A stretch of DNA of 63,111 bases, filler included, from 4 parts of 4 records of this genome joined end to end with filler, not necessarily neighbours in it; one strand, 5' to 3'. Positions 24,251-33,930 are shown, numbered from the whole stretch's first letter. A program made the numbers and translations. The notes: generated from the letters alone by a model not told the origin.

Positions 24251-24300
24251 GTAAACAAAGACAGCCGCCAGCTTGACTTACATCAGGCTGGCGGCTGTCT
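24251..24300 (-). terminator. Intrinsic terminator downstream of the RHS gene
   Basis: 18-bp stem AGACAGCCGCCAGCTTGA-cttaca-TCAGGCTGGCGGCTGTCT (one imperfect pair), followed on the minus strand by TTGTTTAC. Confidence 0.75.
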
Positions 24301-24415
24301 AGCTACTAACGACCTTGATTTTTTGGTTCGCGGAGCAAGTGGTATGTGTACGAATTTACATTCAGTTACGGCAATGAGCCTATACGCTGATTTGCAATTG
24401 AATCAATGCTGTTCA

Positions 24416-27400
24416 CTACCGTAGTTCAGCGGGTTGTGGCGCAGTGAAATCTGTTCCATAACCAGCTGGTCCAGTATTGTTGGAGTTAAATAAAGTATTT
24501 GTTAAGACTGCATTGGTTGTTTCAGTCGCTGTGCCGATAGCAGTCATAGAGCCCAAATTCGCCAACGAATGCGAGTTGTGCAGTTTGTTTACTCCTCCCA
24601 TGATTTTGGATTGGGTCATGCTCACAGCGTTAGCGACGTCTGCAGGGTCAGCTGTTCCCATTCGACCAATTACCCTAGGCGCATTGAAGAAATTCTTCAT
24701 AAGGGTATTCTGTACATTCAGGTTGCTTCTGGCAATAGATCCGAGTACGGTATTCGTTAACAATCCACTAAGACCTCCGATCGCTCCCGTGGCCAGCCCT
24801 GGCAAAAATTTGCTGTTGGCTTGATCTGTATTCAGGCGACCTAATGCTTCGCCGACTGACTTATCATAATACCTCACGTCGACATATGTTTGCCCGGCAA
24901 TATCGCCAACTACATTTCCTACTCCTCCCGCAAGTGATGCACCAGCAGCGAATAGGAATGGAGTTGCCGTTCCACCAGATGCGACCATTAGGTCCGTAGC
25001 TCCACCAAGAATAAGTCCAGCTGTACCTCCTTCTACAACTCCTTGCCAATAGTCTCCTCCATTCATTGAGGCCGAAACACCGCCGACTACGGCACCTATC
25101 AATCCACCCAAGAGAGTACCAATGAGTTTACCACCTGGATCTTTTGTTAACATTGGACTATTTAGACCATACTGGTATGGACTCCAGCCTCTATATACTT
25201 CCCACAACGGATCAATACTCGTAAAGCGCCCCAGCTCATCGTCGTACTTACGCACGCCAAAGTCACCCAGATTACTTTCGAAGTCCTTTTCCTTGTCAAT
25301 ATAAGAGAGGCGTTCCGTGCTGGCACCCTGAATAGGTTTGCCAAACGGTTCGTAGTCGACTGCATTCATGTACGCGCCAGTCTGGTCAAGCACCAGGCGT
25401 GTGGAACCGAGGTGGTCTGTGATTTTGTATTCACGGCCAATACTCGGGCGAGTCGTAATGTTATGATGGTCACCAACGCCATGCGACAGATATTCCGTTG
25501 GGTAGAAATAGACTGCGCGTGCTTGCGTTTGAGGACCACCACCGCAGTCCACCTGAGTGGTTTGTGTGCCGTGAAAAACAGCGCGTTGTTTGCCGGTGCC
25601 GTCCAGTTGGTAGTAGACCCAGGGGTGCGCATTGCCACATTCGTCACCTTCCGGTGAGTAGTAGAGGCGTTTTTGCTCACGTTCGCCTGAGGGGCTGTAG
25701 CGATAGCGCCAATCCAAATCACCGCTTGTTGTGGAAGGACAGGTGGGCGCTACAGTATTTGGATCCGTGACCTTGTACTGTTCAAGAAGGCCGTCAAAAC
25801 CATAGATGAAGCCTTCCGTGTCACCCGGAACCCAAACCTGGCCACTTTTGTGCCAGTTTTCGCGTTGCGTAAGTGCGCCGCTGCCATTGTAGCTGTATTT
25901 GTGTCTGTTGTTGGCAAAAGTATATTCACTCACGCGGTTTGGACCAACGGGATCGTTGTATAGTAGCGTTGTCTGTACGCCATCACGCACAAAGTTATGG
26001 CGGTTGCCAAAGGCATCGTAACCATAGCTTTGGGAGCGAGAAATACCTGGATGGTTAAAGTTCCAGTTTGTCAATTCTCTCTGCTCGTTGTAAACATAAG
26101 TTTGTCCGGCCCAGCCCGGTTGCAGGACATTCCACGAGTCCTGTTGATAAATCTGGCCGTTAGGCTGGTAGCGTAGTTCCTGTACGAAGATTGAACCGGT
26201 TACAGCATCACGTGCATGTACCAGAAGGGGCCAGGTACGCTCGTTATAATCATACTGTACACTTACGTCAATTTCCGGATAGTACAAGAAGCTAATCTGC
26301 CCGCGGTTGGTGTAATCATATTTGATGACCGGGTCGTCAGTCGGTGGATTCACAATGATGGGATAGTCCGGGTTTGAAATGCCAAGGCCAAATGTATTGG
26401 CGGCCAGGAATTCCCAAACCTTGTCCATGCGGCCATTGTGATCGTAACCGTACCAGTTGCTGTGCTGTCGCGTCGGCGCGGCGCTCGTTACGGCAATGAC
26501 TTTGTTCATGGAATTGTAGCTGTAGTAGACAGCGTCAAAACCGAGGTTGTCGGTATAACGAATCAGGGCTTCGAGGCGGCCACGTTCATCGTAGCTGTGC
26601 ACTTCGTAGTGGAAGGCTTCACCGCCGTGCTGGCGATAAGCAATTGCGGCCTGCTTGCCCTTCAGATTGCGAACCACGCCCGTCGGAGCCAAAGCGTCCC
26701 ATTGTGCGGCAGTGGGGAATGCGCCCCAAACAACACCAATCGACTGTGGCAATTCATCATAATGGAAGGCTTTGCGGACGTACTCGGGGTAGGTCCAGAC
26801 GTCCTCAAAGTCATGTGCGTTAGCCGCCGGCCCGTAGTTGCGATCGTAGTAGGCAAGTGGGTGTTTAACATACGCTGAAGGCGGAACTACGTTGCCTGGC
26901 AGGCCGCCAACACCGGCGGGCGTACAGGAGTAGTATTCAACTTCGCTTACGTTAAAAACTGCCGGAACTGGACGTGCCGGTGTTGCCGGATTCCAGATCG
27001 TTGAGTTGACCGTGAGCGGATCGGTCGGATTGTTGTTGTTTAAGCCGTGTGGGTTAAGAAAATCCGTCCAACGTGTAACTACAATAGCAGAGGCAAGCGC
27101 ATCAGCGCTACCTTTGCCGCCGAAGTTAATGCCTTGACCCTCTGGTCCGCCGCCTTCACCGCCGCCGCCGGGACCAGTCGGCGCAAATACTGCTTCACCG
27201 ATCAGAATCGGACGATTGAGGTCATCATACTGGTTAAATGTTAAGCGGTCATTGTCGGCCTGTTCCTGTGTCTGTGAAAATCGAACATTGCCGAGGTTGT
27301 CATAGGCATACGAGACCACACCAAGATCAGCCTGACGTTTGTATTTCACTTGACCGGCTTCGTTGTAACAGTAGCGTGTTTCATGATCGTCAGGGTCTAC

Positions 27401-30400
27401 ATACGTGCCGGGGTGTGATACTGTTAAAGTGCGTCCCAGTTGATCAAATTCGTATTCGGTGACCTCGTTCATACCACCAGACTCGGAACTATAAATTTCA
27501 CGCTTTAGGCGACCAAATGCATCAAAGTACTGCTCGGTGACCACGCCGATTTCATCTGTGCTGCGTGTAACTGTGCAGAAACCGAAATAGTCAGCATCGT
27601 TGAGGTTGGGGTCTATCTGACTAGGTCTTCCGACTTCAAACTCTTGTGAAGTATTGGAAGCGTCGGGGTTGAGCACATGAACTGGCCGCCCCTGGGCGTC
27701 GTAGCTTGTCGTGGTTGCAAAGCCCTCCTGATCAGTTATTAAACTGGTCTGACCGAGACCGGTATAGCCAAAAGTTGAACTAACGAATGTCGGTGAATTG
27801 TTCGGGTCGCCAATAGTTTGTTCCGCTGTCATTACACGTCTATCGACACCAAAGATGTTGCGACTTTGAGTGTAGCGTGAAAAACCAACTGTCGGTACGG
27901 ACCAGTCATCCTCTGTGTGTTCAATGTCATCGACCTTGGCCAGTACCGTACTGGACAGCTCCGGCAAATGATCAACGTAGCTGTAGTTTAACGTGAAGTC
28001 ATTGCGTGAGCTGAGGTGTTTAAGGTCGCCGGTCAACACCAGGCGCGGCCAGGAATCCTGCGCGTCATTGAAGAACTCAACCGACGATCCGAGCGTGTGG
28101 TTTTTAACACGAAATTCTACGTGGCCGCCGGCCAGTGAACTTAGATCATTAACAATTGAGTTGAGATCAAGAATGAATGCTTCCTGATTGCCTGTATCGG
28201 TGCTGCCATAATAATTAAATAAGTAGGTTTCGCTTAACAAGTTGTTTTCCTGGCCGAGGGCATCGATGTGCACCACGTCAAAAGTCAGGAAAATATCATG
28301 CCCTTGGATTGACTGCATTTCGAGCCGCAAGTGCAAGTCACTGAGAGAGACTGCGCTTTGTAATAGATCCAGGGCGTCGGGATAGTAGCTTACAATCGCC
28401 TGGTATTCGCGCTCGGTGTCGAACGGAAACTTAACATTGCAGTCTATCGGAACCTGTGTCTGGTCTGAACCACCCTTCTTTTTAGTTCCGGAACTGCTGA
28501 TTGTGCAGGTACAGCTTGAAGGACAGGGGGGCATTTCTGTCCAGGGCCGCGCAGCAATCAGGTGATCGCGTTTCTCTGCGTTTGCAAGGTCTTCCGTCCA
28601 CCACTTCGAGTTATTATCCTGGATCGATCCGCTGCCTCCCCAATACAGAAATTCTGTTGTGCGCGAATACTTGGAACGGCCCAGCAGGTCTATGTTAAGT
28701 GTTCCAGTGAAGTCGTCGCTGTATAGCTGGTCGGACGGGAAGTCAAACGGCAACCATGCAGTTTTTAGGCGGCCAATTTTGTCGTACTCAGTTTGAGAGT
28801 AAGCACCGTTGGCATCCATCGTACCTGATGGTTGATCCAGGAATGTGCGTTCGTACAGAGTCTCAAGATACTCTGTTGTAATCCCAGCACCCGGCTGATA
28901 CTTACGCACTTCGGCCTGATCGGCCAGTGAGCCCTCATGCATGGGCAGTTTTCCGCGCAGTTTGCGTGTGCTGGTCTGGTCGTTGTTGTCCAGCAGGTTC
29001 GCTTCCGGCAGGTTAAACGTCGTGTAATTGCTATTCAGGATTTCGCTGTAGTCGTAGTGGGTATGTGAAATAGCGTCTACAGCATTTTTAACACTCGTCG
29101 GCGAGTTAACAGCGTATATTGAACCATAGGCGTATTCGGCTGCCAGGATCTCGTTGCCGCCCTCTTGAATGACAAATTGTTTCAAAGGCGCGCCGCGTAC
29201 CTGCTCGAATTCACCAGTCGATCCCGAGATTTGGAATACCGTCGCGTATTCTGTGCGATTCCCCTGTAAAACCATGCTGCTGGCCGGGTCCAGCGTTTTG
29301 CTGCTCAAAACAAGGCCATGCATGTACGGTGAACACAGTTCCGCAGTATGATTGGTTTCTACAAAAACTGGGATATCGAAATAACTTTCGTAGTCATGTG
29401 CTTCACCGGTTTCTTGCAGCCGAAACCATTCTTCCAAGGCCAGATTTTTGGACCATCTGCGCGCAGTCCACGGAATGTTGTACTCCGCCGTCGGCAGGTG
29501 TTCATAAACCGTCTCGTTTGAAATAAAGGGTGTGCCATCGTCAGGCCGGTTGGTCGTTTGTGTCGTTTTGGCGATCCCCAGGCCGAAGAGACTTTGCATA
29601 TTTGGCGTTATTGGGTCGTTGCCATAGTCCCGAACGTAGACACTCTCGTATTCATACGTTACGTTGGAAGTGGGAATCATGGTGACTCCCGACTCATCAA
29701 AGTACTCGCTGTTTTTCTGGCCGGTGCTGGTTGTTTTGCTGACTGGGACGCGCTGGTATTCCGTCGCGGTATTGGGGTCGTTATCGACTGCCGCAAGGCT
29801 ATTATAGACCGTATGTTCTATTGTGCGTGTTAAACCAGCATCGCGCCTAACGGTATTCAGCCTTGTAAAACTAACTTCATCTAGTAGACCGTTAACATAA
29901 TCATTGTCATAGCTGTCGCGATCGTAGAAATACAGTGTCCGGTTGCTCTTGCCGGTAATCTCGTCCGTTATTGTGTGTCCTACGACCCACTTAGTTTCGT
30001 TCGGAATGTGGCAGGTTGTGCCGAATGGCTCAGTTGGATCTTCGATGAAGACCGAACCGTAGCAGTATTCATATTCGTCGGTGGTCTGCAGGCCAACACT
30101 TGCATCAACACCTTTGTACTTTTTCAGAAATGCGACGACATTACTTGCGTGATAGCGTTGATGGTCGACGGTCTGCTCGGGCTCACGTCCTCCCGTATAG
30201 TTTGAACTCAGGAGCATGGACTTGTTGCCTCTATATGTTAACTCCTGATAGGTCTGACCGCTTTGCACCGATAGCAGGCGATAGTTCTTGAGTGTCATTT
30301 CGATCGGTTCACTGATACTCGCCGTTGCTTTGGGCACACCCCAGTTGCGATAGATACGAGTGTAGTCATCATAGGTGAAGTTGACAAAGCGGCCCTCGGG

Positions 30401-31678
30401 GTCTTCGACCGAGCTTACAAATGCCTGAAATGATTTGTAGTCTCCAAGAGTCTGAGCGCCAGCTTGGGTATAGGTGTCAGCGGGGAATTCCAGGTCACCC
30501 AGTTCACCTGTGCCATAGGCCTTCCACCGAATGTTAAATGTGCGGCCCAAAGCCTCAATGCTCATTCCCGAGCCATAGTAACTGAATCTGTGGCCTTCAA
30601 AAGACTCCACTGCCGCGCGACCTAGTTTAAGTGAAGGGCCATGACCAATATCGCGCGTGTAGTTGAACTCTGTTAATACTCCGGTGCTGCCTTTAATGCG
30701 CACCAGGTAAAAAACCGTCGGTGCCGCAAATGGCTGCTTCACTCCACCGATAATTGCAGCCCAAAGCGAATTGTCGGCACCAAAGGGCACGACCATTTCC
30801 TGAAATTCATATTCCAGGCCATCGCCGGGGTAATAGTAGACTGTACGCGGTGCAAAATAATAGTCGTCTGCATCAACGGCGGAGGCATGATTTCCATTCT
30901 TGAAGTACCAGTGTTCACTGTTTTCCCGAGCCTTTGTCCATTCTGTCTCATTGACTTCTACGCGCGCATAACCATTGGCATTGACGGCGTTCTCGTAATA
31001 GTGGCCGGTGTACAAGGCTTCCTTTTTAAACAGGTCGTTATAGCCATTGAAATGATCGCGAGTGGTGCCATTGCGCAGCTCGAGCAGGCTGCCGTCGGCG
31101 CGCATCAGGTGGATGACATCCTGGTCAACCGGGTTGTTAATCTGCTCCATATTGTCCATACGGTTGCAGACTTCATATCCCTTGATCAGCCAGTTGAAGT
31201 GATCGTCATTGAAATCTTGTTCAGAAGTGTTACTGAAAATTCCATCTCGGCTTCGGAAGTCTGTCGCTGCATGCAGCGCCTGCACAGCAAAACCGTTAAC
31301 ACCAACAATCCAGGTTGGCCGGTTTTGTGTAGCTTCCTTCCACTGGCCGCCGGCTTGATCATATTCGAGATAGGAAGTGTATTGCACTCCACCGTTGTAG
31401 CTCAGTGAAGTACTGATCGGATAACCATCAATCGTAAAACTTGAGATGGGGTAGACGTAGGATACCGCTCCGCTGGCATTGTTAACTGCCAGGTTGCCGT
31501 CCAGACTGAGAGAGCTACTTTTCAGGTAACCGCCTTCGTCGTGCATGTCCAGTACTCCCTCCAGAATTGAAGGAGCATCCTGTGCCTTTGCCATCGGCGA
31601 AACAGCCGTAGACAGCACAAGCAGCGCCAAAAAACAGCGCAAAATTGATTTATGAGACATAGACATAGTATTCTCCAC
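24416..31678 (-). CDS. Sec-exported RHS/YD-repeat protein with RHS-associated core and Gly-rich C-terminal extension (2420 aa)
   Basis: Signal peptide ending AKA|Q. Many YD repeats (YDKIGRL, YDAQGRP, YDNLGNVRF, YDDLNRP, YDERGRL). Core TDHLGSTR...DYEPFG...RKYDDELGRFTSIDPL...SPYQYGLNSPMLTKDPGG. Confidence 0.93.
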   Translation of the reverse strand: MENTMSMSHKSILRCFLALLVLSTAVSPMAKAQDAPSILEGVLDMHDEGGYLKSSSLSLDGNLAVNNASGAVSYVYPISSFTIDGYPISTSLSYNGGVQYTSYLEYDQAGGQWKEATQNRPTWIVGVNGFAVQALHAATDFRSRDGIFSNTSEQDFNDDHFNWLIKGYEVCNRMDNMEQINNPVDQDVIHLMRADGSLLELRNGTTRDHFNGYNDLFKKEALYTGHYYENAVNANGYARVEVNETEWTKARENSEHWYFKNGNHASAVDADDYYFAPRTVYYYPGDGLEYEFQEMVVPFGADNSLWAAIIGGVKQPFAAPTVFYLVRIKGSTGVLTEFNYTRDIGHGPSLKLGRAAVESFEGHRFSYYGSGMSIEALGRTFNIRWKAYGTGELGDLEFPADTYTQAGAQTLGDYKSFQAFVSSVEDPEGRFVNFTYDDYTRIYRNWGVPKATASISEPIEMTLKNYRLLSVQSGQTYQELTYRGNKSMLLSSNYTGGREPEQTVDHQRYHASNVVAFLKKYKGVDASVGLQTTDEYEYCYGSVFIEDPTEPFGTTCHIPNETKWVVGHTITDEITGKSNRTLYFYDRDSYDNDYVNGLLDEVSFTRLNTVRRDAGLTRTIEHTVYNSLAAVDNDPNTATEYQRVPVSKTTSTGQKNSEYFDESGVTMIPTSNVTYEYESVYVRDYGNDPITPNMQSLFGLGIAKTTQTTNRPDDGTPFISNETVYEHLPTAEYNIPWTARRWSKNLALEEWFRLQETGEAHDYESYFDIPVFVETNHTAELCSPYMHGLVLSSKTLDPASSMVLQGNRTEYATVFQISGSTGEFEQVRGAPLKQFVIQEGGNEILAAEYAYGSIYAVNSPTSVKNAVDAISHTHYDYSEILNSNYTTFNLPEANLLDNNDQTSTRKLRGKLPMHEGSLADQAEVRKYQPGAGITTEYLETLYERTFLDQPSGTMDANGAYSQTEYDKIGRLKTAWLPFDFPSDQLYSDDFTGTLNIDLLGRSKYSRTTEFLYWGGSGSIQDNNSKWWTEDLANAEKRDHLIAARPWTEMPPCPSSCTCTISSSGTKKKGGSDQTQVPIDCNVKFPFDTEREYQAIVSYYPDALDLLQSAVSLSDLHLRLEMQSIQGHDIFLTFDVVHIDALGQENNLLSETYLFNYYGSTDTGNQEAFILDLNSIVNDLSSLAGGHVEFRVKNHTLGSSVEFFNDAQDSWPRLVLTGDLKHLSSRNDFTLNYSYVDHLPELSSTVLAKVDDIEHTEDDWSVPTVGFSRYTQSRNIFGVDRRVMTAEQTIGDPNNSPTFVSSTFGYTGLGQTSLITDQEGFATTTSYDAQGRPVHVLNPDASNTSQEFEVGRPSQIDPNLNDADYFGFCTVTRSTDEIGVVTEQYFDAFGRLKREIYSSESGGMNEVTEYEFDQLGRTLTVSHPGTYVDPDDHETRYCYNEAGQVKYKRQADLGVVSYAYDNLGNVRFSQTQEQADNDRLTFNQYDDLNRPILIGEAVFAPTGPGGGGEGGGPEGQGINFGGKGSADALASAIVVTRWTDFLNPHGLNNNNPTDPLTVNSTIWNPATPARPVPAVFNVSEVEYYSCTPAGVGGLPGNVVPPSAYVKHPLAYYDRNYGPAANAHDFEDVWTYPEYVRKAFHYDELPQSIGVVWGAFPTAAQWDALAPTGVVRNLKGKQAAIAYRQHGGEAFHYEVHSYDERGRLEALIRYTDNLGFDAVYYSYNSMNKVIAVTSAAPTRQHSNWYGYDHNGRMDKVWEFLAANTFGLGISNPDYPIIVNPPTDDPVIKYDYTNRGQISFLYYPEIDVSVQYDYNERTWPLLVHARDAVTGSIFVQELRYQPNGQIYQQDSWNVLQPGWAGQTYVYNEQRELTNWNFNHPGISRSQSYGYDAFGNRHNFVRDGVQTTLLYNDPVGPNRVSEYTFANNRHKYSYNGSGALTQRENWHKSGQVWVPGDTEGFIYGFDGLLEQYKVTDPNTVAPTCPSTTSGDLDWRYRYSPSGEREQKRLYYSPEGDECGNAHPWVYYQLDGTGKQRAVFHGTQTTQVDCGGGPQTQARAVYFYPTEYLSHGVGDHHNITTRPSIGREYKITDHLGSTRLVLDQTGAYMNAVDYEPFGKPIQGASTERLSYIDKEKDFESNLGDFGVRKYDDELGRFTSIDPLWEVYRGWSPYQYGLNSPMLTKDPGGKLIGTLLGGLIGAVVGGVSASMNGGDYWQGVVEGGTAGLILGGATDLMVASGGTATPFLFAAGASLAGGVGNVVGDIAGQTYVDVRYYDKSVGEALGRLNTDQANSKFLPGLATGAIGGLSGLLTNTVLGSIARSNLNVQNTLMKNFFNAPRVIGRMGTADPADVANAVSMTQSKIMGGVNKLHNSHSLANLGSMTAIGTATETTNAVLTNTLFNSNNTGPAGYGTDFTAPQPAELR

Positions 31679-31749
31679 GAATTTCGTGTAGTTCTTTTTG
31701 ATTTTATGTTAAATAATGGGTCGTGTTAAACGGAGTGAATTCCCGCGTT

Positions 31750-33930
31750 CTAGCGTAGGATCACCACCGGGTATGCCCCGATAAAGTGGCCTTCCGAGTG
31801 CAACTTGGCGACGTAATAACCGGCGGACATGCCACTTAAGTTAAACGCTTGCATAAACTCGCCCGACTGGTCGACATTGATCTCACGGCTCTCAAGGATG
31901 CGGCCATCACTGGCTGCAAGTTCAATGGTGTAGATTCCAGCTGGAATTTTCTGTGCCTCGATCTTAGTCTCACCGCCTGCAGGATTTGGGTACACCCGCA
32001 CGACCGGGATGGCTGTGACATCCTCAGATTCCTCAACGGCCGTTATAACTGGTGGCGGTGGAATCGTAGGCGGATCATCAAGTTTAAAGTCTACTTGTTG
32101 GACGCGGTAAGAATTCTTACCCGTAATGTCGCGTACTGCCGGGTCGGTTAAGTCAAAACCGGTTCTGAAATCCATAGCATAAAACAGCTCGGTTTGTATC
32201 GTTGGGCTAATACCGGCCAGGTTCCAGGTCTCGACCGTCATGAACTCTTGTGCAAAGATAGTTAACACGCGGCCAGTCTCAACTGGACTTGCGCCGCTGT
32301 TATCAGTTCCGGAAATTGTGAACACCAGGTCGAGGCTTTCATCATCATGAGTGCCGTCGTTAAGTTGCAGCATTGAAAATGATACCTGTAGATTTTCCCA
32401 GACCGGGTACTCAATGTATGTTTCACAGTGGTAGTACGGATCACTGTCACCCACAGGATTGCAGCCGCTGTAATTCCATATCACTTTGTAGGGGATGTAT
32501 TTCCCAAGATTGTCACACCAGCGGCCAATCAGCTCGCCCTGGAAGACGCTGCTGGAGGCATTCGGAATTGTATAGAGTGCGCCCTTAAACAAGGCTACGT
32601 CCTGTCGGTCGGGTAGTGTTGTCAAATCGCAGGGAAATGTCGCCAACAGCTCGGGCTTCAAATTGTATAAATCGTTTTCGTACACAGCACCTTTGCTCAG
32701 GTTAAATCGTGCGCCCGAAAAGAGGCGTCCGTTGCCCAAGGCAACATCACGTCCAAATTCATTGGAGCTTGAACCATCACTGGCTGTTAATTTATTCTCC
32801 TCGGTCCATGTGCTATTCTCGTAATGAAAAACGTAGGCCGAACCAGAGTTGGTACCATTGTCGTTATCCGTCGGCGCACCAATAAAGGCGACACCGGCGT
32901 CCAGTGCCACACCGAACCCGAGCTTGTCGCCCGCGGCACCATCTGAGGCCAAAAATATGTGCTCCTCGGTCCAACTTGTGCCGTTGTAGCGGTAGGCATA
33001 CGCACCGCCCGATTTACTACCATTGTCGTCCTTACGCGGAGCGCCCACGAGTGCCAGACCGTCCTCTATTCCAACGCTAAACCCGTACTCGTCGCCCGCC
33101 GCGGCATCGGAGGCAGTCAACTTCTGTTCAAAGACCCAGGCACTCTGATTGTAACGGTATATGTAGGCCGAGCCTTCGTTGCTGCCTGAGAGATCATCAA
33201 GGCGGGCACCGATTATCGCGAGGTCACCACGCACATCTACATCATAGCCGAACCAGTCGTAGTGGCCCGCATCGGAGGCCGTCAGCCATTGGTTTTGTGC
33301 CCATGTGCTACGAGATTCATCCCATTCAAAAACATATGCGGAACCGGCGTTTTGTTCAACATGGCTATCCTGAAAAGCACCGATGAAAATCGTTTCGCCG
33401 CTAATTGACAGAGCATGACCAAATTCATCGCCGGCGCCGGGGTTATCGGCTGTTAACTTAGCCTCCTGGACCCAGCTTTGACCGTCAAAGCGAAAGACAT
33501 AAGCCGAGCCGGCGTCGGTGGCATTGTCGTCATCCTGATGCGCCCCGACTACGGCTATATTACCGTCAATTGCAACCGCGCGCCCAAATTCATCATCCGC
33601 ACCGGGGTCACTTGGCAGAAGTTTTTGCTCCTCTTGCCAGGTTGTTCCGTCCCAACGGTAGATATAGGCTGAACCAGAGGCATTCAGGCCGTTGTCATTA
33701 TCATTACTAGCACCAACAATTGCAACAGTACCATCTGTGTCCACTACGCGACCGAACTGGTCATTTGCAGCCCCGTCACTGGCGGTTATTTTTATCTCTG
33801 CGGCTTCGGCGGAAGTCCATGGTACAGCTGCCACAGCTAAGGCTACCACCCCTGGTAGCAGCTTAGCCAAACACGCCGATTTTAATCTCAATAATAAATG
33901 CATTTCAAAAGGCTCCATGTATGGATACAT
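31750..33930 (-). CDS. FG-GAP seven-bladed beta-propeller protein with unknown middle domain and T9SS type-A C-terminal sorting domain
   Basis: Signal peptide (AEA|A), seven KLTASDxxxxDxFG...GA...GSAY repeats, a Pro-rich linker, then VYPNP...DGRIL...LSGMSAGYYVAKL. The start could be 33930, 33918 or 33903. Confidence 0.9.
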   Translation of the reverse strand: MYPYMEPFEMHLLLRLKSACLAKLLPGVVALAVAAVPWTSAEAAEIKITASDGAANDQFGRVVDTDGTVAIVGASNDNDNGLNASGSAYIYRWDGTTWQEEQKLLPSDPGADDEFGRAVAIDGNIAVVGAHQDDDNATDAGSAYVFRFDGQSWVQEAKLTADNPGAGDEFGHALSISGETIFIGAFQDSHVEQNAGSAYVFEWDESRSTWAQNQWLTASDAGHYDWFGYDVDVRGDLAIIGARLDDLSGSNEGSAYIYRYNQSAWVFEQKLTASDAAAGDEYGFSVGIEDGLALVGAPRKDDNGSKSGGAYAYRYNGTSWTEEHIFLASDGAAGDKLGFGVALDAGVAFIGAPTDNDNGTNSGSAYVFHYENSTWTEENKLTASDGSSSNEFGRDVALGNGRLFSGARFNLSKGAVYENDLYNLKPELLATFPCDLTTLPDRQDVALFKGALYTIPNASSSVFQGELIGRWCDNLGKYIPYKVIWNYSGCNPVGDSDPYYHCETYIEYPVWENLQVSFSMLQLNDGTHDDESLDLVFTISGTDNSGASPVETGRVLTIFAQEFMTVETWNLAGISPTIQTELFYAMDFRTGFDLTDPAVRDITGKNSYRVQQVDFKLDDPPTIPPPPVITAVEESEDVTAIPVVRVYPNPAGGETKIEAQKIPAGIYTIELAASDGRILESREINVDQSGEFMQAFNLSGMSAGYYVAKLHSEGHFIGAYPVVILR
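32677..33798 (-). repeat. Seven FG-GAP (integrin-alpha-like) protein repeats of about 55 aa
   Basis: Repeats begin EIKITASD, EQKLLPSD, EAKLTADN, NQWLTASD, EQKLTASD, EHIFLASD and ENKLTASD. Confidence 0.9.

Noticed and set aside
24301-24415. Micro-ORF between the RHS stop and the terminator
   Set aside because: The only candidate I found is a 16-codon GTG ORF, too short to support as an immunity gene.
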